From Pyrodictium delaneyi (GTDB lineage: Archaea > Thermoproteota > Thermoprotei_A > Sulfolobales > Pyrodictiaceae), in NCBI RefSeq assembly GCF_001412615.1, contig NZ_CP013011.1, positions 120,001 to 152,000 on the forward strand: a DNA stretch of 32,000 nt, given 5' to 3'. Numbering within the stretch: position 1 is the first letter of the stretch; every line of letters starts with the position of its first letter. Shown one piece after another: positions 1 through 9,283 of this stretch. The notes beneath the pieces were generated by a model. It was not told the origin of the DNA and did not search any database. It saw nothing but the letters and a program-made list of their open reading frames with translations. A program made the translations under genes and the position numbers.

Positions 1-1302
1 TTGCCAGACTCGCTCATAGAGTCCAGCTCGTCTAAGCTCATCCTCGACTATACGTGAAGCCTTGCGGACGATCTCTAACTTCTCTCGAGTAACTTCGCCG
101 ATAATTCTCACAGCTAGGCCGGGCCCGGGGAAAGGATGCCGGAACGCAAGCTCATGTGGCAATCCGAGGGCTAGTGCTAGCCTTCTCACTTCGTCCTTGT
201 AGAATTCTCGAAGAGGCTCGATAACTTCTAGGCCTAGCCAGCTAGGCAGCCCGCCTACGTTATGGTGGCTCTTAATGCGGTCGGCTCCGGGTGCGGCACC
301 CGACTCTATCACGTCGGGGTAAAGGGTGCCCTGGGCCAGGTATCTTATATCAGGGTTCTCCTTGACTATTCTCTGGAATATCCTAGCAAACATCTCGCCG
401 ATACGCTTTCTCTTCTCTTCGGGGTCGCTGACGCCCCTAACAGCCTCGAAGAACTCTTCCCGTGCGTCTATGACTAGTGGCTCTATTCCAGCAGACTTCA
501 GTATCCTGACGGTCTCTTCGACTTCGCCCTCCCGGAAGAATCCGTGATCCACTAGCACAGCTAGGAGGCGGTCTCCTACAGCACGCTGGAGTAGTACAGC
601 TGTGACTGTTGAGTCTACTCCGCCACTGACAGCGACTAGAACCCTTCCTTCCTTCACGCGTTCGCGTAGCTCAGAGACGAGGGAGTCTATGAGATTCTCT
701 GGTCTCCACCACGGCTCGGCTCCTGCTAGCCTAGCGAAGTTGGATAGGAGCTGGCGCCCCTTCGGAGTATGGGATACCTCTGGGTGGAACTGTACGCCGT
801 AGACCACTGTATCGCCGTGCTGCTTCCGGAAGGCTGCCACGTAGCCGTTCTCGCTGACCGCCAAAAGACGGGCGCCGGGTGGCACCTCGCGGACACAGTC
901 GCCATGGCTCATCCACGTCTGCTCCTCTGCCTCCCAGCCCTCGAAGAGAGGGTCGCTGGGATCCAGCACCCGTACCATTGTGCGCCCGTACTCTCTGCAA
1001 CCCCGGTCTACTCTGCCTCCGAGCATCTCGGCGAGGAGGTGAAAACCATAACATATACCAAGTACCGGCTTGCCAATCTCCAGTATCCATCCGGGGATGC
1101 GAGGAGCACCAGGAGCGTAGACGCTCGGAGGTCCACCTGAGAGGATTATCGCCTTGACACTTGGGTCCTCCAGCTGCTCCCGTTTAAGCATGTTGTATGG
1201 GACTATCTCGGCATAGAAGCCTTGCTCTCGTAGCCGCCGCGCTATGAGATGCATGTACTGGCCTCCAAAGCCTACTACTACTATCTTATCCCTCTTCTGC
1301 AG
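1..1302 (-). CDS. guaA: GMP synthase (glutamine-hydrolysing), fused GATase + ATP-pyrophosphatase; C-terminus cut by window edge
   Basis: The minus-strand frame is open to position 1 and is absent from the ORF track because it is truncated. The reverse-complement translation gives DKIVVVGFGGQYMHLIARRLREQGFYAEIVPY. It also gives the PP-loop VLVAVSGGVDS (rc of ~611-643), LAQGTLYPDVIES (rc ~301-340) and RIKSHHNVGGLP (rc ~245-280). The start codon is uncertain: the first ATG is at 1254 and the in-frame stop at 1306-1308. Confidence 0.9.
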   Translation of the reverse strand, partial: MQKRDKIVVVGFGGQYMHLIARRLREQGFYAEIVPYNMLKREQLEDPSVKAIILSGGPPSVYAPGAPRIPGWILEIGKPVLGICYGFHLLAEMLGGRVDRGCREYGRTMVRVLDPSDPLFEGWEAEEQTWMSHGDCVREVPPGARLLAVSENGYVAAFRKQHGDTVVYGVQFHPEVSHTPKGRQLLSNFARLAGAEPWWRPENLIDSLVSELRERVKEGRVLVAVSGGVDSTVTAVLLQRAVGDRLLAVLVDHGFFREGEVEETVRILKSAGIEPLVIDAREEFFEAVRGVSDPEEKRKRIGEMFARIFQRIVKENPDIRYLAQGTLYPDVIESGAAPGADRIKSHHNVGGLPSWLGLEVIEPLREFYKDEVRRLALALGLPHELAFRHPFPGPGLAVRIIGEVTREKLEIVRKASRIVEDELRRAGLYERVWQ

Positions 1303-1390
1303 GGCCTATACCCCCGTGCTGCCCTGGCCCTGCCCGCCGGGGGATTATTAGTCCGGCTCTCACGCAGCCCGGCACACGGGTTACAGGATA

Positions 1391-2797
1391 TTGGCGCAGG
1401 ATACAAGACTCGTTGAAGCCCTCAGCTTCGATGACGTAGTCCTCGTGCCAGCTCTCAGCCCTGTCGAGCCGTGGCAAGTAGACATAACAAGTAAAGCATC
1501 ACGCAACGTTGCGGTCAATGTGCCGCTCCTCTCGGCTCCTATGGATACTGTTAGCGAGTGGAGGCTAGCAGTCGTCCTTGCCCTTCTGGGTGGAATAGGG
1601 GTTATACACAGGAACATGTCGGTCGAGGAACAGCGCCGCCACGTGGAGAAGGTGAAGAACCATCCAATAGTGGAGTTAGCGGATATAGCTGTATACGAGG
1701 GCGAGGAGTGCTGCCGCGTGAGAGAAACCATGAGAACGCTGGGCGTGCGCCAGCTGCCAGTAGTTGATGCAGCTGAGACCGTCAAAGGGTATGTGGAGTT
1801 CGCGGAGCTCGAGACGTGTAGCTGTGGCACGCCGGTAGCTAAGCTGACAAAGCCTGGCCCAGTCTTCGAGCTGGGCGAGGAGCGTAAAGCGATAGACTTT
1901 GTGAAGCGTGGGAAACTGGACGCGGCGGCTGTAACGCTCAAGAGCAGGTTCCTTGGCGCGGTAACAGTTCACGAGGCTCTAGCGGTCTATAGCCCTGCGC
2001 TCGACGAGGAGGGGAGGCTACGAGTAGCAGCAGCCATATCGCCTTTCGACATCAGGAGGGCCCAGGCGCTAGACGGGTTTGTGGATATTCTTGTGTCTGA
2101 CGTTGCTCATTTCCATAACGTCAACGTGATCAGTGCTGCCAAGAAGCTCGTAAAGAGTATATCAACCGACTTTGTGGCGGGCAATCTAGGTACTCGAGAG
2201 GGTGTACTTGACACACTCTCCAAGATCGAAAAAGTTGACGGCCTAAGGATGGGGATCGCAGGAGGCTCTATCTGTACTACAAGCGGTGTAGCCGGTATAG
2301 CGGCACCAACTCTCTTCGCGGTAATGCAGGCCCGTAGCGCTCTAGAAGAGCTGGGTGTAAAGCTTGACTCAATCCCGATAATAGCTGATGGTGGTATCCG
2401 AGGTCCCGGCGACGCGGTCAAAGCCCTTGCAGCGGGCGCCTCTGCCGTCATGACTGGTTACATGTTAGCTGGCACCGATGAAGCGGCTGCCCCCCTCATA
2501 AGGATTGGCAGTAAGCTCTACAAGCCATACCGGGGCATGGCCAGCCGTGGCGCGCTTGAGAGGCGGTATGCTGCAGACCGGTATTCTAGGGTAGCTAAAC
2601 GTGTCGAGGAAGGCATAGAGGGTCTAGTAGAGTATCGCGGGCCAATACGCCGCGTAATACTCGAATTTGTCGAAGGACTCAAGGCGGGACTGGGCTATGC
2701 AGGTGCATCATCCATACCAGAGCTTTGGAGGACGGCACGTTTCGCAAGGATAACGAGTAGGATAGGAGCATATACTGGTGTCGTCAAGACGAACTAG
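1391..2797 (+). CDS. guaB: inosine-5'-monophosphate dehydrogenase with CBS (Bateman) pair
   Basis: 468 aa with a TTG start. Motifs seen are LSFDDVVLVP, GGIGVIHRNM, an inserted CBS pair, the catalytic loop GIAGGSICTT, IADGGIRGPGDAVKALAAGA and YRGMAS. It lies divergent to guaA. Confidence 0.9.
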   Translation: MAQDTRLVEALSFDDVVLVPALSPVEPWQVDITSKASRNVAVNVPLLSAPMDTVSEWRLAVVLALLGGIGVIHRNMSVEEQRRHVEKVKNHPIVELADIAVYEGEECCRVRETMRTLGVRQLPVVDAAETVKGYVEFAELETCSCGTPVAKLTKPGPVFELGEERKAIDFVKRGKLDAAAVTLKSRFLGAVTVHEALAVYSPALDEEGRLRVAAAISPFDIRRAQALDGFVDILVSDVAHFHNVNVISAAKKLVKSISTDFVAGNLGTREGVLDTLSKIEKVDGLRMGIAGGSICTTSGVAGIAAPTLFAVMQARSALEELGVKLDSIPIIADGGIRGPGDAVKALAAGASAVMTGYMLAGTDEAAAPLIRIGSKLYKPYRGMASRGALERRYAADRYSRVAKRVEEGIEGLVEYRGPIRRVILEFVEGLKAGLGYAGASSIPELWRTARFARITSRIGAYTGVVKTN

Positions 2798-2807
2798 GCG
2801 ATACAAG

Positions 2808-2828
2808 TTTTGTGTGTTTTAACCTTTT
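2808..2828 (+). terminator. oligo-T tracts downstream of guaB stop
   Basis: Three T4 runs (2808-2811, 2817-2820, 2825-2828) lie within 30 nt of the guaB TAG. Archaeal termination typically uses oligo-T. Confidence 0.35.
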
Positions 2829-2850
2829 AATCTAGGAGCTAGTAAGAGCT

Positions 2851-2863
2851 ATTATTAGAATAT
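2851..2863 (+). promoter_or_regulatory. TATA-like box for the 2877 gene
   Basis: ATTATTAGAATAT lies about 20-25 nt upstream of the GTG at 2877, consistent with a leaderless or short-leader archaeal transcript. Confidence 0.3.
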
Positions 2864-2876
2864 CCTTAGCTAGTAG

Positions 2877-3719
2877 GTGAGTATTGTGCAACTATATAAG
2901 AACCTCATAGCATCCACCCGGACATTGCCGCTGCCACTAGTCCCTAGTATCGAGAAGCTCTATGAATTGGGCTTCAACAGGATCGATATAAACTACGCTA
3001 ACCTTGAGCGTAGCGGAGTAGACGACCCATCTGTCTTGACTCATTTTCGCTGGGCACTCCTAACAGCTAACAAGATAGGTGTTGATCCTGTTACGCTCCA
3101 TGCGCCCTGGGAAGAATATTTCCTGTTAGCCCTGGGTAGAGGAGTGGATTATGCTGTAGCCGAGGCTAAGCTGCTCATGGAGATGGCATATAGCTATGGT
3201 ATTGAAGTTGTAGTGTTTCATCCGTTTTCTGCAAAACATGTTGGTGCACACCGTGTAGAATGGCTTAATAAGAGATTCTTCGCTCTTCTCGCTGAGCACT
3301 CTGAGCGTGAGGGCCTATCGATTATAGCGGTTGAAAATGCAGCACATAGCCAGCCGTGGCGTAGCCTCGAGAAACTAGCAGAGCTAGTGAAACGTATCGA
3401 TAGCCCTATGCTCAAAGTATGCTTGGATACCGGACACGCTAACTTAAACGGCTACAATCTCAGTGATGCTGCTAGGATATTTGCTGACATGTCCATAGCA
3501 TGTATGCATGTGCATGACAATAATGGTAGGGTAGACGAGCATGCGATGCCAGGTACAGGCTCGATAGACTGGAGTAATGCTCGCTTCTTTCCCGAGGGAG
3601 CGCTCAAACGTATAGTGGTAGAAATAGACTGTAGAGAAGAACCAAAGATCTGTGGCCTCCATATAGTAGCGGCGTTTGCAGCGACAAGAGAACTACTACT
3701 CGGCCAGTATAATGAATAG
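2877..3719 (+). CDS. sugar phosphate isomerase/epimerase (xylose isomerase-like TIM barrel)
   Basis: 280 aa. The metal-ligand pattern is typical of the AP endonuclease 2 / xylose isomerase-like fold: HAPW, VENAAH, CLDTGHANL, HVHDNNG..DEH..PGTGSIDW. Confidence 0.7.
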   Translation: MSIVQLYKNLIASTRTLPLPLVPSIEKLYELGFNRIDINYANLERSGVDDPSVLTHFRWALLTANKIGVDPVTLHAPWEEYFLLALGRGVDYAVAEAKLLMEMAYSYGIEVVVFHPFSAKHVGAHRVEWLNKRFFALLAEHSEREGLSIIAVENAAHSQPWRSLEKLAELVKRIDSPMLKVCLDTGHANLNGYNLSDAARIFADMSIACMHVHDNNGRVDEHAMPGTGSIDWSNARFFPEGALKRIVVEIDCREEPKICGLHIVAAFAATRELLLGQYNE

Positions 3720-3739
3720 ACCCTAGGATTCCGGGAGCA

Positions 3740-4639
3740 ATGTTTATTTCTAGACGCGGCTTCGCCGTGACCATTACCGGTGCCGAGGGATGCGAGTTCC
3801 GCCTTTCTAACCTAACAGTCGCGGTGCTGGGCGCCGGTAAGATAGGCAGTATAATGGCCCGCTCGTTCTCTGATTGTGGAGTCCACGTTATAGCTACAGC
3901 TAGAAGAAAGGAACGTATAGAGAGACTGCGTATGCAAGGCTTTGAGGCAACAAGCGATAATGTCCATGCTGTGAAAAAGGCCTCGGTAGTATTCATATCA
4001 GTCAAACCGTACCAGTATCCTGCACTTGCAAGGCAGATAGGAAGTCATGTAGCTGGTAAGCCTGTAGTATCAGTGATGGCTGGTATACCTCTCCGCCTGC
4101 TACGCAAGACGTTACCAGGCGCCGAAGTATACCGTGCAATGCCTAATCTCAACGCTGCTGTAAAAAGAAGCGTAACAGGCTTGGTGGTGCCCAAGAATGC
4201 TCAGTACCGGGAGATCATAAAGAGCCTTCTCTCTTGTATGGGAAGCGTCTATGAACTGCCCGAGCAATTGATAGACGCGTGGACGGCGGTAGCTGGCTCT
4301 GGGCCAGCGATAATAGCGGAATTCATAGACTCTATGATCCTCGCAGCACTAGCTGTCGGGATCCCGCGCGACCTAGCGTACGACGCAGTGCTAGAGTCGA
4401 TAATAGGTACGGCTGAGTACTTACGAACAAGGCCGGTTCATCCAGCCCAGTTGCGCGACGAGGTAACTACGCCAGGCGGTACAACTATAATGGCCTTAAA
4501 GGTGATAGAAGGTAAGGGTATGAAATCGGCGCTCATAGATGCGGTAGAAAGAGCTACAGCCCGTGCTAGAAAGCTTGCAAAGGAGATAGAGGAAAGCATA
4601 GAGGAGCAGTATGAAAATACCAATTCAAGCTCTGTTTGA
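3740..4639 (+). CDS. proC: pyrroline-5-carboxylate reductase
   Basis: 299 aa. It has an N-terminal Rossmann motif (VAVLGAGKIGSIMA), RAMPN, and the C-terminal signature VTTPGGTTIMALKVIE. Confidence 0.85.
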   Translation: MFISRRGFAVTITGAEGCEFRLSNLTVAVLGAGKIGSIMARSFSDCGVHVIATARRKERIERLRMQGFEATSDNVHAVKKASVVFISVKPYQYPALARQIGSHVAGKPVVSVMAGIPLRLLRKTLPGAEVYRAMPNLNAAVKRSVTGLVVPKNAQYREIIKSLLSCMGSVYELPEQLIDAWTAVAGSGPAIIAEFIDSMILAALAVGIPRDLAYDAVLESIIGTAEYLRTRPVHPAQLRDEVTTPGGTTIMALKVIEGKGMKSALIDAVERATARARKLAKEIEESIEEQYENTNSSSV

Positions 4640-4747
4640 CGGGGTATGTAGCTAAGGCTTGCCGGTCAGCCTTGAAACACCTCCCCATCCCCTGGGGGTT
4701 AGGGTTCACGGCCATCTTCATCCCGGCCCTTCATCCCAGTTCCCGAA

Positions 4748-6178
4748 TTACTCGGGGGTTATCACATACTCTTCGTCCCTGTACGCTACCACATATATGC
4801 TTGTAAGTGTCGCTACAAGTGATAACAAGGATATAGATTCTACCAGGAATTGCGGGCTCCTTAGGGCTATAAGTGTCAAACGTGCTGCTATGTTCTCTCG
4901 CGTGTTTATAGCCATAAGTGATGCTTCAACGTAGCCGTTGGTTAGAAAACCTTCCGTGTTATAGGCCCCCTCAAAGTAATATGGCCTTATCATTACCTTT
5001 AGGCGATGGAACTGTGTAATGTCGACAACTATCGCTGATTCTCTTAATTGCGGTGCAGCAAGAACTATCTGTTTACCCGCCAGGTTAGGATTGTATAGCA
5101 AGCCGCTATCTGCTAGTGTGTTTATCAGCACTCTGGCTTCAATAGTCTCTGTAGCCTCGAGCAGGGGAACAATGGTGCCTCTCGCCTTAGCTATACCTAG
5201 GAATGCTACATCACGATGTATGGGTCCGGTGGAACGCCACTCTACATTATATCCGGCAAACTTTACGTCAACGGTAGTAGAGAATATAAATGCAGCAGTA
5301 GAGCCTACGAGTAACATACTTATCAATGCCAACAATATGGTCTTAGATGTTGGGCTTAGTCCACGTCTCCTGTAGAATTCTGGTATAAACACTATTATTC
5401 CGAACAGTCTGCGCGCACTTGCATACATTCTCATTATTGCTAGCCTGGTTCGATCAACTAATAATGGAAGAAGAGCTATTCCAGCTATGAAGCCGCCAGC
5501 GTGTGCGAAGAATGCCACCGTGCTGGTTACAGAAAGGTAGCCCTCCAAGACTTGTATCATGAACCAGAATAACAGGTAGTAGACGGCGAGCAGCTCGAAG
5601 CATACTGGGAAGAAGAGCAAGAGAAAGCATGCGACGAGTCTTGTGCCTGGGTATAGCATCATGTATGCTCCCAATATGCCGCTTATAGCGCCGCTGGCAC
5701 CTACGCTTGGAATAGCCAATCCATTAGGATCTTGTATGAACATGAATACTGTGTGAAATAGCGCGGCGAAGATGCCGCTCAATATGTAGAGGACTAGATA
5801 TCTTGTGTGGCCTAGCGTTCTTTCGACAGCTCTACCAAATAAGTAAAGGAAGTACATGTTGAACAGTATATGGAATATATTTGCGTGTGTGAACATGGCT
5901 GTGAAGATCTTGTATGCTGAGACGGGCTCTAGGAGCATGTAGAGTGGTACAAATCCGAGTCTCACGATCCAATCATTTGTACTGGCTATGAAGCCGGCTC
6001 GCCATGACGTGATAACGTAGATGAATATGTTAATAGCTATTATTGTGTAGGTTATCCATGGCGTCATTGTGTTGAAGGGTGCTCCTTCCTCTATTGCCAG
6101 GGGGAGTTCGCGAGTGAACCTCGGTAGACGTGGTCCTCTAGTAGCGTGCAGGGCTAGAGCACCTCTTCTAACTTCCAA
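4748..6178 (-). CDS. rhomboid family intramembrane serine protease with long C-terminal extension
   Basis: 476 aa. Motifs are HANIFHILFNMYFLYLFG (TM2 H..N), GASGAISGILGA (catalytic Ser, rc ~5680-5705) and AHAGGFIAG (catalytic His). About 230 further residues follow, with two more predicted TM segments. The start is TTG at 6178, or alternatively ATG at 6067. Confidence 0.85.
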   Translation of the reverse strand: MEVRRGALALHATRGPRLPRFTRELPLAIEEGAPFNTMTPWITYTIIAINIFIYVITSWRAGFIASTNDWIVRLGFVPLYMLLEPVSAYKIFTAMFTHANIFHILFNMYFLYLFGRAVERTLGHTRYLVLYILSGIFAALFHTVFMFIQDPNGLAIPSVGASGAISGILGAYMMLYPGTRLVACFLLLFFPVCFELLAVYYLLFWFMIQVLEGYLSVTSTVAFFAHAGGFIAGIALLPLLVDRTRLAIMRMYASARRLFGIIVFIPEFYRRRGLSPTSKTILLALISMLLVGSTAAFIFSTTVDVKFAGYNVEWRSTGPIHRDVAFLGIAKARGTIVPLLEATETIEARVLINTLADSGLLYNPNLAGKQIVLAAPQLRESAIVVDITQFHRLKVMIRPYYFEGAYNTEGFLTNGYVEASLMAINTRENIAARLTLIALRSPQFLVESISLLSLVATLTSIYVVAYRDEEYVITPE

Positions 6179-6422
6179 GTTCTTCCATATGTTGTGTCCC
6201 CTACTGTATAAGTTAATAACGTAGGTGGCACGCTCTGTGGCGATCTAAAAGAAGTGTGTAAACTAGACCACTAGGATTTACTGTATCTCTAGCACGTCCA
6301 GGGCACCCTTCTAATACCCCAAACACGGTATCGACAAGATACTGGATAGGGCGTATAGAAAGGCTGCTCTTGCTGGCCACGTGCACCTTAATACACATCT
6401 TCATGTACTCTAATAGCTAGAG

Positions 6423-7811
6423 GTGCATATAGAGTTGGACGAGATAATGGATGTTCTCGCGTCAGCCATATCTTACGCGTCGCGAATGGGTGTAGAGTTT
6501 GCAGAAATACGCATCGAACGCACCAGATTTACACGTATAGAGCTACGTGATGGTGTGATTAACGTTTCATCAGGCATAGACTATGGTGCAGCTGTGCGTG
6601 TCTATGCAAACGGCTCTATAGGATTTGCGTTCACTACTCGTGTAAGCCTAGACTCGCTGCGCCGTGCACTAGAACAAGCTCACGCGCTAGCACGTGCGGC
6701 GCCGGGTAAGCAGACTAAGCCTATGCTTTTTGACCCTGCTGAAGACTTTTATGAGCATCCTGTTAAGAGGAGCATAGAGGATGTACCTATAGACGTGAAG
6801 CTAAAGGACGTGATGGAGCTTGATAAACTTGTAGCAGAGAAAGACTTCGTAAAGTCGAGGTTCATAGTGTATAATGAGCGTAGCGAGGAGCGCTACTATG
6901 CTAGCACAGAGGAGAGGTACCTGGGCGAGAAGCGTGAACTAGTCTACCTCTACGCTTCCCTATTTGGCGCTGAGGCGGGCGTCCGTGGCTCAGCGCACAT
7001 AACGCAAGGCACCATAAAGGGCTATACTCTATGGGAGAAGATGAGCCAGGAGAAGGCGGCCGGGGAGCTCCTTGGGAGGCTTCAGAGGCAACTCCGGGCT
7101 AAAACTCCCAGAGCGGGTAACTTCCCGGTTGTCATAGCTCCTGAAGCTCTTGGTGTCTTCGTGCATGAGGCTTTTGGGCATCTAGCTGAGGCCGACTTGG
7201 TAGAGGCTGGTAGTGCACTCCAGGGCAAGAAGGGTCAGCAAGTAGCCTCCAGCCTAGTCACCATAGTTGACGACCCCGCAGTTGACGATGGCTTTGGCAC
7301 GCTGCGTTACGACGACGAAGGTGTGAAAACAGCTAAAGCTGTTATTGTCGAGAAGGGTATACACCGCCAGATAATGACTGACCGTATCCACGCTGCACTA
7401 CTGGATGCCAAACCTACGGGCAACGCGCGGGCAGAGTCGTTCCGTTATCCGCCTCTAGTCCGTATGAGGAACACGTTGATGCTCCCAGGCGATCATAGCG
7501 TAGAGGAGTTGTTTGAGGGAATAGAGTTCGGCTATTACATAGTATCGACTGCAGGTGGTCAGACAAACATAGATGGAAGCTTCCAGGTAGGAGTAGAGGA
7601 GGCGTACGAGATAGTCAACGGTGAAGTTGGCGAACCGGTGCGCAATCTAAGCATAGTAGGTAATACCCTTGAGACGCTCCTCAACATAGATGCTGTCGCT
7701 AAGGACTTCGGGCTCTTCTACGGTCGCTGCGGTAAGGGACAGCTAGTCTACGTCTCCGACGGTGGCCCACACGTCCGGGTACGCAAAATGACTGTGGGTG
7801 GACGTGAGTAG
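6423..7811 (+). CDS. tldD: TldD-type metalloprotease
   Basis: 462 aa carrying the HExxxH motif HEAFGHLAEAD, the family-typical GNAR..S and a C-terminal G-rich core. It is followed by its usual partner PmbA. The start is GTG 6423, or alternatively ATG ~6448. Confidence 0.85.
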   Translation: MHIELDEIMDVLASAISYASRMGVEFAEIRIERTRFTRIELRDGVINVSSGIDYGAAVRVYANGSIGFAFTTRVSLDSLRRALEQAHALARAAPGKQTKPMLFDPAEDFYEHPVKRSIEDVPIDVKLKDVMELDKLVAEKDFVKSRFIVYNERSEERYYASTEERYLGEKRELVYLYASLFGAEAGVRGSAHITQGTIKGYTLWEKMSQEKAAGELLGRLQRQLRAKTPRAGNFPVVIAPEALGVFVHEAFGHLAEADLVEAGSALQGKKGQQVASSLVTIVDDPAVDDGFGTLRYDDEGVKTAKAVIVEKGIHRQIMTDRIHAALLDAKPTGNARAESFRYPPLVRMRNTLMLPGDHSVEELFEGIEFGYYIVSTAGGQTNIDGSFQVGVEEAYEIVNGEVGEPVRNLSIVGNTLETLLNIDAVAKDFGLFYGRCGKGQLVYVSDGGPHVRVRKMTVGGRE

Positions 7812-7884
7812 CTGTTGCGGCTGCTTTCTCCTAGATGTTCTTTCTTCTTGTCTAGAGCTATGTAATTGGTGGAGGGTTGTGGTT

Positions 7885-9246
7885 ATGTCTAGCCGGGTTA
7901 GCCCCGCAGAGCTAGGTGTCATGGCTGCACGGTGGGCTATACGTGAGGGTGCAACAGAAGCAGAGGTATACGTTTCGGTGGCACGTGGCTATAGCATAGA
8001 CATCAGGACTAACAAGATTGAGACTCTGGAAGTTATAGATGATGCGGGTGTTGGGATAAGGGTGGCTGTTGGTAAGCGGACGGGCTTCGCCTACACTACG
8101 GGGCTCGAGTTCCGGGATGTTAGGGAAGCTGTAGCGAGAGCTGTGAAGCAGGCAAAGGTGGCACCAGAGGACAGGTGGTGGCATGGCTTCCCGGAGCCGA
8201 GTCGCAGCTACCCTGAGCCAGGCAATATCTTCAACCCGGTACTGGCGCGGATAGAGCCCGAGACTGTATTAGAGCATGCGCGCGAGATGCTAGACACAGC
8301 GTCGGCGGTCAGTGACCTCGTGCTTGCTCGTGGAAGTATCTCGGTCTACTGGGTTGAACGCGCAGTAGTTAACACTAATGGGGTCTACCGTATTGACGTA
8401 GGCACGACAGCCGTAGTGACTGCGGGGGTGACTATAAGGAAGGAGGGCCTAGTCACGCCGATGATCTACGAATTTGATGCGAGCCGCGTGGCTATACCCG
8501 AGACTAGCCGTGTAGTAGAGAGAGCTGCAGAAACGGCAAAGCTATGTACAACAATTTACCGTGACCTTCCTACGGGTAGGTACACTGTGGTGCTAGCACC
8601 TAAAGTGCTAGCAGAACTCATGGGGGCTACAGTGCTGTACTCTCTCCGCGGCGACATATACGTGCAGGGTAGGAGCTATTACCGCGACAAGCTGGGCGAG
8701 CAAGCACTCTCTGAGAAGATAACGATAGTAGATGATGGTGTGCTAAAAGGTGGGGACCGCACATGGCGCTTCGACGGCGAGGGTGTAGCAACGGCCAGGA
8801 AAGCCCTTGTGGAGAAGGGCGTCGTTCGTGAATTCATATTCGACAGCTACTGGGCTGGAAGAGCAGGCAGGGAGAGTACTGGGAACGCGTCCAGAGATGG
8901 CTACGCGTCGCGGCCAATACCTGGCTATACAAACATAGTAGTAGAGCCGGGTGATGCAGCTCCCGAAGAACTCCTAGAGGGCAAGGTACTAGTCATACAT
9001 CAGATACAGGGTGCACATACAGCGAGCTCGGACACCGGTGAGTATAGTGTCCTCGCTAATCCGGCCATATACTACGAGAATGGCGAGCCGCGGGGATGGG
9101 TACCAGGCGCAGTCCTAGCTGGCAACTTCTATAGAGAAGTAGCATCTAGTATTGAGATGCTTGGAAAGACCCTAGAGAGGGCCTACCCCGGTGTATACAT
9201 GCCATGGGCTAGGCTCAGTGGTATAACAGTAGCCACCAAAGGTTAG
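7885..9246 (+). CDS. pmbA: PmbA/TldE family protein (TldD partner)
   Basis: A TldD/PmbA-fold paralog lacking HExxxH (GNASRDGY..., HQIQGAHTASSDTGEYS). The ATG at 7885 is preceded by GGTGGAGGG. The track start at 7798 adds an implausible Cys-rich leader that overlaps tldD. Confidence 0.8.
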   Translation: MSSRVSPAELGVMAARWAIREGATEAEVYVSVARGYSIDIRTNKIETLEVIDDAGVGIRVAVGKRTGFAYTTGLEFRDVREAVARAVKQAKVAPEDRWWHGFPEPSRSYPEPGNIFNPVLARIEPETVLEHAREMLDTASAVSDLVLARGSISVYWVERAVVNTNGVYRIDVGTTAVVTAGVTIRKEGLVTPMIYEFDASRVAIPETSRVVERAAETAKLCTTIYRDLPTGRYTVVLAPKVLAELMGATVLYSLRGDIYVQGRSYYRDKLGEQALSEKITIVDDGVLKGGDRTWRFDGEGVATARKALVEKGVVREFIFDSYWAGRAGRESTGNASRDGYASRPIPGYTNIVVEPGDAAPEELLEGKVLVIHQIQGAHTASSDTGEYSVLANPAIYYENGEPRGWVPGAVLAGNFYREVASSIEMLGKTLERAYPGVYMPWARLSGITVATKG

Positions 9247-9283
9247 CCATAGTTTTAACCTCTTTCCCTTGGTTCGGGCGTGT

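Noticed and set aside
262-1157. Several plus-strand ORFs (262-477, 326-547, 602-802, 769-1140, 879-1157) and the minus-strand ORF 731-1090
   Set aside because: All lie inside the guaA coding region, in other frames or on the other strand. Their translations are Arg/Pro/Ser-rich with no motifs, while the guaA frame shows clear family signatures.
1294-1390. GC-rich guaA/guaB divergent spacer as another copy of the hel308-flank repeat (rc contains GGGCTGCGTGAGAGCC)
   Set aside because: It resembles GGGCTGTGAGGA only loosely over about 14 nt, with no collinear extension. ATTATTA at ~1347-1353 can serve as a shared TATA element.
1381-1941. 186-aa minus-strand ORF antisense to guaB (also 1676-1972, 2107-2451)
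   Set aside because: The translation is Ser/Thr/Ala-rich and low in complexity, as expected for the antisense of a GC-biased gene. guaB motifs fully explain the region.
4716-4737. Near-tandem CTTCATCCC (4716-4724 and 4729-4737) between proC and the rhomboid gene; a similar CCCTTCATC occurs at 15622-15630
   Set aside because: These are two short 9-mers, and a 9-mer recurrence is expected by chance in 32 kb. There is no further alignment around them.
7798-7884. Upstream extension of pmbA from the track start at 7798
   Set aside because: It adds a Cys/Leu-rich peptide (MDVSSCCGCFLLDVLSSCLELCNWW) that overlaps tldD. The ATG at 7885 has a GGTGGAGGG ribosome-binding-like element and matches the usual PmbA N-terminus.
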